NCBI GenBank assembly: GCA_024653205.1
Contig: JANLFO010000003.1
Span: 19,901-83,900, forward strand
Direction: 5' to 3'
Source of the DNA: Clostridia bacterium
GTDB taxonomy: Bacteria > Bacillota > DSM-521 > Neomoorellales > SLTJ01
DNA: 64,000 bases
Within the stretch, counting starts at the first letter, position 1; each line of letters begins with the position of its first letter. Shown in pieces: positions 21,497 to 29,419 of the stretch. Below the pieces are notes generated by a model, which saw nothing but the letters and a program-made list of their open reading frames with translations, ran no database searches and was not told the origin of the DNA. The position numbers and the translations under genes were made by a program.

Positions 21497-21868
21497 ATGG
21501 ATAAGCTGGAAGCAATCTTTGCCCGCCAGCGGGCCCTGGACGAATTCCTGGTTCGGGCACGGGACATTTCTTTTGACCTGCCCACCTGGTTGGAGAAGGA
21601 GGTCCTGGCCCTGTTGGCCGAACTGGGAGAGCTGCTTCAGGAGCTCAACTTCCGCTGGTGGAAGGACCCCCGGCCTTTGAACCGGGAGGCGATTAAGGAG
21701 GAGGTCGTAGACCTACTTCACTTCCTGGTCAGCCTGTGCCTGAAGCTGGAAATCGGGCCGCAGGAGCTTTACGAAGCCTACCTGGCCAAGAACGAAGAGA
21801 ATCTCCGGCGCCAACAGGGTCTAAGCCACAGGGAGGGTTATGCTGCACCCCGGCGAGAGCAGGTCTAA
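21497..21868 (+). CDS. dimeric-dUTPase-like / MazG-like all-alpha NTP pyrophosphohydrolase (123 aa)
   Basis: Helical protein with the E..ELLQE...W...EE.VDLLHF pattern of the dUTPase_2/MazG superfamily, in the position after ymxG seen in Clostridia. The assignment is from memory of the family. Confidence 0.5.
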   Translation: MDKLEAIFARQRALDEFLVRARDISFDLPTWLEKEVLALLAELGELLQELNFRWWKDPRPLNREAIKEEVVDLLHFLVSLCLKLEIGPQELYEAYLAKNEENLRRQQGLSHREGYAAPRREQV

Positions 21869-21954
21869 GGTCCGGGACCCCCACATAAGTATGGGGTGGA
21901 GGCGAGGGTGATGTATCCCCAGTCTGCCGGCAGAAGGCGGGGATAACTCAGGGG

Positions 21955-22287
21955 GTGAGGGTGTTGACCTGGTTTGCCGGTCTGCTCGCCTGCCTCATAC
22001 TCGGTTCCGTGTGGATGCGGGTGCTCAACCTCCGGCACCGTGCCTGGCGGACCAGGGAACTGCCTACCGATCCCATACCTTCTCTGCTTTCCCGGGCGCT
22101 GACGCAGTTGCTGGGCGTGGCTGGGGGAATCTACCTGGTTCTGGTCATGGGGGTTTCGTTTCTCAGACTCTCCGTTCCCTCCGAGGTACGGTGGTTCGGG
22201 ATCACCGTGGAGCCCCTGGCCTTTGTATCCATAGTACTGGCCGCCGTTCAACCCTTCCTGGAGCGCCTGCAGCCGCGCCAGGGCTAG
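21955..22287 (+). CDS. hypothetical small membrane protein (110 aa, 3 predicted TM segments)
   Basis: Hydrophobic stretches WFAGLLACLILGSVW, LLGVAGGIYLVLVMGV, LAFVSIVLAAV. No recognisable family. Confidence 0.45.
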   Translation: MRVLTWFAGLLACLILGSVWMRVLNLRHRAWRTRELPTDPIPSLLSRALTQLLGVAGGIYLVLVMGVSFLRLSVPSEVRWFGITVEPLAFVSIVLAAVQPFLERLQPRQG

Positions 22288-22309
22288 GGAGAGCGCGATC
22301 CGGAGCGCC

Positions 22310-22576
22310 ATGAAGCTCAGCGAGTTCATAGGCAAGGAAATCGTAAACGTGCACGACGGCACCCGCCTGGGGGTAGTCGGTGAAGCCGACCTGCTGCTCG
22401 ACGGAGAGACCGGCGCCATAGAGGCCATAGTGGTGCCCGGCCGGGGAGGGCTTATGGGGCTGTGGCCCGACCGCCAGCCGGTAGTCATCCCCTGGACGGC
22501 GGTAAAGAAGATCGGCACCGAATTGATCATCGTGGACCTGGGTCAGGCCCACCTCCGCCGACACTATCCTTTCTAG
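22310..22576 (+). CDS. YlmC/YmxH family sporulation protein (PRC-barrel)
   Basis: MKLSEFIGKEIVNVHDGTRLGVVGEADLLLD..TGAIEAIVVP is the canonical YlmC/YmxH N-terminus. Confidence 0.85.
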   Translation: MKLSEFIGKEIVNVHDGTRLGVVGEADLLLDGETGAIEAIVVPGRGGLMGLWPDRQPVVIPWTAVKKIGTELIIVDLGQAHLRRHYPF

Positions 22577-22749
22577 ACCCCACCCGGCATTACGCCGGAA
22601 CAAATCCCACCCTCATGCTCCTTCCGGGCCGCTCCGGCCCATTCGACTCTTCCGCCCGACCATCGGCAGGTAAAAAGTATATCCGTGTGCAAATATGTCT
22701 AACCTGTAGACAAGCTCTAGCCCCGCCGGGGCCGGGAAAGGAGGGACGG

Positions 22750-23550
22750 GTGTTGATCAGAGTGGTAGTAACCGGAGCCGGGGGAAGGATGGGCAGAGAG
22801 GTCTGCCGGGGCGTCCTGCACGACCCGGAGCTGGAACTGGCAGGCGCGGTAGACGTCCGGTCCGTCGGTGCGGACATAGGCGATCTGATAGGCGAGAGAC
22901 CGGTCGGGCTGCGGGTTACGGAGGACCTCAGGCGCTGTCTGGAAACCGGCCAGGCCTCCGTAGTGGTGGATTTTACGAACTCCCAGGCCTGCATGGGCAA
23001 CGCGCGGTTGGCGGTTCGGTTCGGCCTGAACCTGGTAATCGGTACCACCGGCATGTCTACCCGGGAGATTGATGAATTGCATGCCCTGGCCGAAGAGCAG
23101 GGAGTCGGAATCCTGCTGGCGCCCAACTTCGCCCTGGGAGCCGTGTTGATGATGCACTTTGCCCAAACCGCCGCCCGCTACTTTCCTCAGGTGGAGATCA
23201 TCGAGATGCACCATGACCAGAAACTGGATGCGCCATCCGGAACTGCGCTCAAGACTGCCGAGCTGATTCTGTCGGCCCGGGGCGAGGCTCCCGGAGCCAA
23301 GGTGCAGGAACAGGAACGCCTGGCCGGGTGCCGGGGCGGCAACTACGAGGGCGTCCGCATCCACAGCCTGCGTCTGCCGGGCTTCGTGGCCCACCAAAAG
23401 GTGGTCTTTGGCGGCAACGGACAGACGCTCAGCATCCAGCACGATAGTCTGAGCCGGGAATCCTTTATTCCCGGCGTATTGCTGGCCATCAAAGAGGTCG
23501 GACGGCTAAGGGGTCTGGTATACGGGCTGGAGAATATCCTGAACCTGTAG
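22750..23550 (+). CDS. dapB: 4-hydroxy-tetrahydrodipicolinate reductase
   Basis: GTG 22750 (or TTG 22753) follows AAAGGAGGGA. IRVVVTGAGGRMGREV, IEMHHDQKLDAPSGTA, GFVAHQKVVFGG motifs. Confidence 0.93.
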   Translation: MLIRVVVTGAGGRMGREVCRGVLHDPELELAGAVDVRSVGADIGDLIGERPVGLRVTEDLRRCLETGQASVVVDFTNSQACMGNARLAVRFGLNLVIGTTGMSTREIDELHALAEEQGVGILLAPNFALGAVLMMHFAQTAARYFPQVEIIEMHHDQKLDAPSGTALKTAELILSARGEAPGAKVQEQERLAGCRGGNYEGVRIHSLRLPGFVAHQKVVFGGNGQTLSIQHDSLSRESFIPGVLLAIKEVGRLRGLVYGLENILNL

Positions 23551-23610
23551 GCGTTCACGGCAACTACCGGGGATGCCGGGTTACCTTTCCCCGGCGGGCG
23601 GCGGGCACGC

Positions 23611-23638
23611 ACGCCCCGCCCCGCTTCGCCATATAATA
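23611..23638 (+). promoter_or_regulatory. sigma-K-like sporulation promoter upstream of dpaA-dpaB
   Basis: AC (23611-12), 17-nt spacer, CATATAATA (23630-38) matches the AC-N16/17-CATAnnnTA consensus. The RBS and GTG start follow 13-31 nt downstream. In B. subtilis spoVF (dpaAB) is sigma-K dependent. Confidence 0.5.
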
Positions 23639-23668
23639 GCCAGCAGCAGGGGAAAGGAGGTCAAGGCC

Positions 23669-24613
23669 GTGCAATCCAGACTGCTGGCGAACCTCACCGT
23701 CTCGGTGGTGGGGGGGGACGATCGTGAACTCATCCTCATTCCCGCCCTGGTCGACCACGGCGCATCGGTGAGGGTAGTGGGATTCCCCGGTCTTTCCTTC
23801 CGGGGGGCAGTGGCCATGGCCGACCTTCAGGCCGCGGTACAAGGGGCCCATGTCGTCATTTTTCCCACCCCGGGGACCGACGAACGCGGGGCGGTGCACG
23901 CGGTCTACAGCCCTTCCCCGCTTCTGCTGAACGAGGAAACAGCCTCTCGCATTTCCCCCGGAACCGTAGTGATCATCGGGCAGGCCCGACCTTTCTTCCA
24001 ACAATGGGCGCTCCGCTACGGCTGGAAGCTGGTAGAAACGGCCCGAGAAGACGAGGTGGCAATCTTAAATTCCATCCCAACGGCAGAGGGCGCCATCCAG
24101 CTGGCCATGCAGGAGTTGCCCATCACCATTCACGGGTGCCGGGCCCTGGTCCTGGGGTTCGGACGCGTGGGCCAGACCCTCGCCGGCGACCTTCTGGGGC
24201 TGGGAGCCAGGGTGGCCGCGGCCGATCGCAGTCCGGCGGCGCTGGCGCGGGCCTTCGCCATCGGGTGCCGCCCGGTACCGATGGCCTTCCTGGCCGACGA
24301 AGTGGCCGATACCGACGTGATCTTCAATACCGTGCCCGCACCGGTCCTGAATGCGCGTCTATTGGCCCGAGTGTCCTCGCAAAGCCTGATCATCGATTTG
24401 GCCTCACCGCCCGGCGGTACGGACTTTGAGACCGCCTCTAGACTGGGTATCAAGGCCAGGCTGGCCCCGGGGCTTCCCGGTAAGGTCGCTCCCCGAACCG
24501 CAGGTGACATACTGGCCCGGGTCATCCCCCGACTAATCCGGCAGCACCTGGGTCTGGATCCTCTGCCCGAGGATCAATGGGGGGGTGCTACGCGTGCGTC
24601 TGCAGGGGGTTAG
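23669..24613 (+). CDS. dpaA: dipicolinate synthase subunit A
   Basis: GTG 23669 lies 8 nt after GGAAAGGAGG. VSVVGGDDRE..., GFGRVGQTLA Rossmann motif. 314 aa. Paired with dpaB. Confidence 0.88.
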   Translation: MQSRLLANLTVSVVGGDDRELILIPALVDHGASVRVVGFPGLSFRGAVAMADLQAAVQGAHVVIFPTPGTDERGAVHAVYSPSPLLLNEETASRISPGTVVIIGQARPFFQQWALRYGWKLVETAREDEVAILNSIPTAEGAIQLAMQELPITIHGCRALVLGFGRVGQTLAGDLLGLGARVAAADRSPAALARAFAIGCRPVPMAFLADEVADTDVIFNTVPAPVLNARLLARVSSQSLIIDLASPPGGTDFETASRLGIKARLAPGLPGKVAPRTAGDILARVIPRLIRQHLGLDPLPEDQWGGATRASAGG

Positions 24614-25196
24614 GGTCGGATTTGCCCTTACCGGCTCGCATTGCACTCTGAACAGGGTTCTACCCGAGCTGAGGCGGTTGGTGGCCGAAGGCGCCGAAGT
24701 CTGTCCCATACTCTCCCCGGCGGTGGAGACTACCGATACTCGTTACGGCCGGGCCGCCCAGTGGGCGGAGGAGGTCACGGCCATTACCGGGCGACGGCCC
24801 ATTACCAGCATTGCCGAGGCCGAGCCCATCGGGCCGCAGAAACTGCTCGACGTACTGATAATCGCGCCCTGTACCGGCAACACGCTGGCCAAACTGGCCA
24901 ACGGAATCACCGATAACGCGGTGCTTATGGCCGCCAAAGCCCAGTTGCGCAACCAGCGGCCGGTAGTGCTGGCCATCTCCACCAACGACGCGCTGAGTGC
25001 CAACGCTAAGAACCTGGGCTTGGTGCTGAACATGAAAAACGTCTACCTGGTCCCCTTCGGCCAGGACGACCCGTACAACAAATGGGCCTCGGTCGTAGCC
25101 AAGATGGAACTGTTGCTCGACACCACCCTGGCGGCACTGGAAGGCAGGCAGATCCAGCCCCTCTTGGTGGGTTCCGGTGCCGTCTCCGCCCGGTAA
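24585..25196 (+). CDS. dpaB: dipicolinate synthase subunit B (flavoprotein)
   Basis: VGFALTGSHCT...IAPCTGNTLAKLANGITDN flavoprotein motifs. 203 aa. Overlaps the dpaA end. Confidence 0.9.
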   Translation: MLRVRLQGVRVGFALTGSHCTLNRVLPELRRLVAEGAEVCPILSPAVETTDTRYGRAAQWAEEVTAITGRRPITSIAEAEPIGPQKLLDVLIIAPCTGNTLAKLANGITDNAVLMAAKAQLRNQRPVVLAISTNDALSANAKNLGLVLNMKNVYLVPFGQDDPYNKWASVVAKMELLLDTTLAALEGRQIQPLLVGSGAVSAR

Positions 25197-25251
25197 GGAG
25201 TCCGGGCAATCCGGCCTCCCGGTTCTCCCGCCCCCCTGAACCGCCGGACAC

Positions 25252-25274
25252 CGAACGGGGCAAAGCCCCGTTCG
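25252..25274 (+). other. perfect 10-bp GC hairpin downstream of dpaB (no U-tract)
   Basis: CGAACGGGGC-AAA-GCCCCGTTCG. A degenerate copy, CGAAGGC-AAA-GCCGTTCG, occurs at 25511-25528. Confidence 0.6.
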
Positions 25275-25363
25275 CTCCTGGCCGGCGGCCGAACGAGGGC
25301 GGCCGGCATGCCGGTAGGGCGACCCGGTATCCCGGGAAAGTCGGCGGATACTCACTCTCTTGA

Positions 25364-25566
25364 GGGCAGTGCTGGTTTTGCCCGAGTGCCTAAAGCGTCC
25401 GGGCTGCCGAACCGGGCGAGAGCCGAGCGCGAGGCACACGCCAGGCTCATGAATGACCGGGCCCGGCCGGCGCTCCGGACGGTTCTTACGCGGGGAGCCA
25501 GCCGAAAGCGCGAAGGCAAAGCCGTTCGGCCGCCTGAGCGACCGGCACGAGGGGACAGCACTGCCC
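25364..25566 (+). ncRNA. candidate structured RNA in the asd leader (lysine-riboswitch-like? unassigned)
   Basis: An 11-bp long-range helix, GGGCAGTGCTG (25364-74) with CAGCACTGCCC (25556-66), closes about 200 nt. Internal hairpins are present. GGGGAGCCAGCCGAAAGC resembles the L-box core GGGGAGCGUCGCCGAAGC. It sits upstream of asd-dapA. Other L-box boxes were not confirmed. Confidence 0.3.
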
Positions 25567-25646
25567 CGGGACAAATTGGGGATGGCTCAGGGCAAAAAAG
25601 TGCTACCGCATCGGGCGAGAATGCGCTAAAATGGGGACAAATACGC

Positions 25647-26675
25647 ATGGCAGGAGGTGCTGGGATCTTGGCCGGCCTAAGGGTTGCGGTAGTGGGTACG
25701 GGAGCCGTGGGGCAGGCCATGCTCCAGGTGCTGGAAGAAAGGTCCTTTCCGGTGTCACAGGTGCGGGTCCTGGCCACCAGCCGCTCGGCGGGCAAGAAGG
25801 TAATGTTTGCCGGTGAAGAGGTCACGGTAGAGGAGACTACGCCAACCTCTTTTCGGGGCGTGGACCTGGCCCTCTTCGCAGGCGGAGCGGCCAGCAAGGA
25901 GTTCGCCCGGCCGGCAGTCTCCTGCGGGGCCGTAGTCATCGACAACAGCAGTACCTTCCGCCTGGAGCCCGATGTGCCCCTGGTGGTGCCGGAGGTCAAT
26001 CCGGAGGCGGTAAAGGATCACCAAGGCATCATAGCCAATCCCAATTGCTCCACCATCCAGATGGTGGTGGCCCTCAAGCCCCTTCACGACGCCGCCCGCA
26101 TCAGGCGGGTAGTCGTATCCACCTATCAGGCGGTCTCCGGAGCGGGAGCAGAGGCCATGGAGGAACTGCGTTCCCAGGTACCGGCCGTTCTTTCCGGCCA
26201 AACGGTTCAGCCGGAGGTATTTCCCTGGCCCATAGCCTTCAATCTCTTCCCCCATATTGACGTGTTCCTGGAAAACGGATACTGTAAGGAAGAAATGAAG
26301 ATGATCCTCGAAACCCAAAAGATCATGGCCGCTCCGGAGATGAGGATTACCGCCACCACGGTGCGGGTACCGGTTTTCGTAGGACACTCGGAAGCGGTCA
26401 ATGTGGAAACGGAAAAGAAACTTACCGCCGAGGAGGCGCGCCGCCTGCTTGCGGCAGCACCCGGCGTGGTGGTGGAGGATGACCCGGCCCGGAATCTCTA
26501 TCCTCTTCCCATAAGAGCTGCCGGCCGGGACGAGGTTTTCGTAGGACGCGTACGCGAGGATTTCAGTGTAGAATGCGGTCTTAACCTCTGGATCGTGGCC
26601 GACAACCTGCGCAAAGGCGCCGCCACCAATGCGGTACAGATTGCCGAGCTCTTACTCCGGTACGGGCTTCTCTGA
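25647..26675 (+). CDS. asd: aspartate-semialdehyde dehydrogenase
   Basis: [40 protein letters not shown] (active-site Cys), [20 protein letters not shown]. The start is ATG 25647, or TTG 25668 as an alternative. The 113 upstream codons in the track are an artefact. Confidence 0.93.
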   Translation: MAGGAGILAGLRVAVVGTGAVGQAMLQVLEERSFPVSQVRVLATSRSAGKKVMFAGEEVTVEETTPTSFRGVDLALFAGGAASKEFARPAVSCGAVVIDNSSTFRLEPDVPLVVPEVNPEAVKDHQGIIANPNCSTIQMVVALKPLHDAARIRRVVVSTYQAVSGAGAEAMEELRSQVPAVLSGQTVQPEVFPWPIAFNLFPHIDVFLENGYCKEEMKMILETQKIMAAPEMRITATTVRVPVFVGHSEAVNVETEKKLTAEEARRLLAAAPGVVVEDDPARNLYPLPIRAAGRDEVFVGRVREDFSVECGLNLWIVADNLRKGAATNAVQIAELLLRYGLL

Positions 26676-26704
26676 GCCCGGGGACAAACTCGGAGGTGGG
26701 ATCC

Positions 26705-27595
26705 TTGCGTGATTTCGGCCGTGTAGTTACGGCCATGATCACCCCTTTCACTTTGGACGGGGCGCTGGACGTGGAGGGTGCCCAAGTTCTCGCCCGCTGG
26801 CTGGTGGACAACGGCAGCGACGGGTTGGTGGTGGCCGGCACCACCGGAGAATCGCCCACGCTCTCGAGGGAGGAGAAGCTCACCCTCCTGAAGGCGGTCA
26901 AGGAGGCGGTGGGCAGCCGGGCGGCGGTGATTGCCGGTACCGGCTCCAACCACACGGCGGCCAGTATTGAGGCGACCGTCCAGGCTACGGCCGCCGGAGC
27001 GGACGGGATCATGCTGGTGGTCCCTTATTACAACAAGCCCAGCCAAGAGGGGATGTACCAGCACTTCTCCGCCTGCGCCCGCGCCACCGACCTGCCGGTA
27101 ATGCTCTATAACGTTCCCGGCCGGACCGGGGCCAATTTGCTGCCCGAAACCGTGGCCCGTCTGGCCGAGATATCCAACATCGTGGCCATAAAGGAAGCCA
27201 GCGGGAACCTGGACCAGGTGAGCGAGATCAGGCGCCTGGTGCCCCCCGCCTTCAAAGTATACAGCGGCGACGATTCCCTCACCCTGCCCATGATGGCCCT
27301 CGGGGCCTACGGGGTGGTGAGTGTGGCTTCCCACCTGATCGGCCGCGAGCTGAAGGCCATGGTGGAGGCAGCGGCCTCCGCCCGCATGGAAGAAGCACAG
27401 AGTCTGCATTTGCGCTTCTTCCCCCTTTTCAAGGCTCTCTTCCTGGCTCCCAACCCGGTACCGGTAAAGACCGCACTTTCCTGGCTGGGCCTTCCTTCCG
27501 GCAGGCCGCGCCTCCCTTTGGTGGGTTTAGCCCCGGGCGAGGAGGAACGTCTCAAGAAGGCGCTGGAGGAAACGGGAATATCTTTAGGGCGCTAA
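26705..27595 (+). CDS. dapA: 4-hydroxy-tetrahydrodipicolinate synthase
   Basis: [41 protein letters not shown] (Schiff-base Lys). TTG 26705 follows GGAGGTGGG; GTG 26696 is an alternative. Confidence 0.94.
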   Translation: MRDFGRVVTAMITPFTLDGALDVEGAQVLARWLVDNGSDGLVVAGTTGESPTLSREEKLTLLKAVKEAVGSRAAVIAGTGSNHTAASIEATVQATAAGADGIMLVVPYYNKPSQEGMYQHFSACARATDLPVMLYNVPGRTGANLLPETVARLAEISNIVAIKEASGNLDQVSEIRRLVPPAFKVYSGDDSLTLPMMALGAYGVVSVASHLIGRELKAMVEAAASARMEEAQSLHLRFFPLFKALFLAPNPVPVKTALSWLGLPSGRPRLPLVGLAPGEEERLKKALEETGISLGR

Positions 27596-27619
27596 ATTGC
27601 CGAATAACGAGCTTGCGGC

Positions 27620-27648
27620 TTGAGCAGGGCAGAAAAACGGTTTATAAT
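27620..27648 (+). promoter_or_regulatory. sigma-A-type promoter for RNase J
   Basis: TTGAGC (27620-25), 17-nt spacer, TATAAT (27643-48). A leader hairpin CCGGCAC-GAGGA-GTGCCGG follows at 27671-27689. Confidence 0.7.
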
Positions 27649-27731
27649 AGGCCCGGAGAGACGCTGGCCGCCGGCACGAGGAGTGCCGGTGCTTTACTGT
27701 TCGCGGGCGGGGTGGTTCGGGAGGTGTATGG

Positions 27732-29396
27732 ATGCCCAATTCGGATGCCAAGCTGACCATTATTCCTTTGGGCGGCCTGGGTGAGATCGGCAAGAACATG
27801 CTGGCCATCCGCTACGGCGGTCACCTGTTGGTAATCGACTGCGGTCTCATTTTCCCGGAGGACGATATGTTCGGGATCGACGTGGTCATCCCGGACATGA
27901 CTTATCTGCTGGAGAATAGGGGCCAGCTGCGGGGAATAGTCCTCACCCACGGCCATGAGGACCACATCGGAGCCCTGCCTTATCTCCTCCGCGAACTGGA
28001 CGTGCCCATATACGGCACCAAACTCACGTTGGGATTGGTTGAGGCCAAACTGCGCGAACAGGAGGCTCGGGCTACCCGCCTGTGCTGCCTCAAACCCCGG
28101 GAAGTGGCCAAGGTGGGACCGTTCCGGATAGAGCTGATCCGGGTGAGCCACAGCATAGCCGACGCCGTGGCGGTGGCGGTGCATACCCCGGTGGGAACAA
28201 TAGTGCACACCGGTGATTTCAAGTTCGATCCCACGCCGGTAGACGGCGAGGTTACGGACTTCTACAAGTTCGCCGAGCTGGGGGAGAAGGGCGTACTGGT
28301 GCTGCTGTCGGACAGCACCAATGTGGAGCGTCCGGGACACACCCTTTCCGAACGCACGGTCGGCGAGGCCTTTGCCGAGGCCTTCGGCCAGGCTAAAGAG
28401 AGAATTATCGTGGCCAGTTTCGCCTCCAACATCCCCCGCATCCAGCAGGTAATCAACCTGGCGGGCAAGTTCAACCGCCGGGTGGCGGTGGCGGGACGCA
28501 GCATGGTGAACGTGGTTTCCATCGCCACCGAACTGGGCTACCTGCACATTCCCCCGGGAACCCTGGTCGACCTGGAGGAGGTCAACCGTCTGCCCCTCCA
28601 ACAGGTGGTTATCCTGACCACCGGCAGTCAGGGTGAGCCCATGTCCGCCCTGAGCCGCATGGCGGCTGCCGATCACCGCCAGCTGGGCATTGTGCCCGGC
28701 GATACGGTGCTCATCTCCTCCAATCCCATCCCGGGCAACGAGAAGATGGTAGGCCGGGTGATCGATCAACTGTTCCGGCAGGGGGCGGATGTAATCCACG
28801 AGGCCATATCCGGGATTCACGTGTCGGGCCACGCCAGTCAGGAGGAACTCAAACTCATGCTGAACCTGGTACGGCCACGATTCTTCGTACCCGTGCACGG
28901 CGAATACCGCATGCTGGTCAAGCACGCCCGCCTGGCAGAACAGGTAGGGATACCTCGCCAGAACATCTTCGTGTGCGAGAACGGGCAGGTGCTGGAGTTT
29001 ACCAAAGAAAAGGGAGTGGTTTCCGGCACGGTACCGGCCGGCCGGGTGTTGGTAGACGGGCTGGGCGTGGGCGACGTGGGGAACATCGTGCTGCGGGACC
29101 GGAAACAGCTGGCGCAAGACGGCATCCTCATTGTGGTGGTAACCCTGGACCGGGAGGCGCACGCGGTAGTGGCCGGTCCGGACATCGTGTCCCGCGGGTT
29201 CGTCTACGTGCGGGAGGCAGAAGCCTTGCTGGAAGAAGCCAAGGAGAAGGTGAATGCCGTCCTTTGCGAGTGTCTGGAAAGACAGGCCAGCAACTGGGGA
29301 GCCATCAAGGGCAGCGTTAGGGAGTCTCTGGGTCGCTTCCTCTACGAACGGACCGGGCGTCGGCCCATGATACTCCCGATCATTATGGAAGTCTAG
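27732..29396 (+). CDS. rnj: ribonuclease J
   Basis: Metallo-beta-lactamase/beta-CASP fold: LTHGHEDHIGALPYL, SDSTNVE, VSGHASQEEL. 554 aa. Confidence 0.95.
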   Translation: MPNSDAKLTIIPLGGLGEIGKNMLAIRYGGHLLVIDCGLIFPEDDMFGIDVVIPDMTYLLENRGQLRGIVLTHGHEDHIGALPYLLRELDVPIYGTKLTLGLVEAKLREQEARATRLCCLKPREVAKVGPFRIELIRVSHSIADAVAVAVHTPVGTIVHTGDFKFDPTPVDGEVTDFYKFAELGEKGVLVLLSDSTNVERPGHTLSERTVGEAFAEAFGQAKERIIVASFASNIPRIQQVINLAGKFNRRVAVAGRSMVNVVSIATELGYLHIPPGTLVDLEEVNRLPLQQVVILTTGSQGEPMSALSRMAAADHRQLGIVPGDTVLISSNPIPGNEKMVGRVIDQLFRQGADVIHEAISGIHVSGHASQEELKLMLNLVRPRFFVPVHGEYRMLVKHARLAEQVGIPRQNIFVCENGQVLEFTKEKGVVSGTVPAGRVLVDGLGVGDVGNIVLRDRKQLAQDGILIVVVTLDREAHAVVAGPDIVSRGFVYVREAEALLEEAKEKVNAVLCECLERQASNWGAIKGSVRESLGRFLYERTGRRPMILPIIMEV

Positions 29397-29419
29397 AGTG
29401 CCGATTGGCGGGGGTAGGG

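Noticed and set aside
21914-21945. Hairpin TATCCCC-AG-TCTGCCGGCAGA-AGGC-GGGGATA after the dUTPase-like gene (possible terminator).
   Set aside because: No U-tract follows, and the next gene starts 10 nt later. It may be a processing or stability element, but there is no evidence for function.
24660-25646. ORFs covering the dpaB-asd spacer (24660-25574 minus strand, 304 aa) and the 113-codon N-terminal extension of asd from 25308.
   Set aside because: Both are Arg/Pro/Gly-rich with no motifs. Asd homology starts at about 25647, so the spacer is better explained as non-coding structured RNA.
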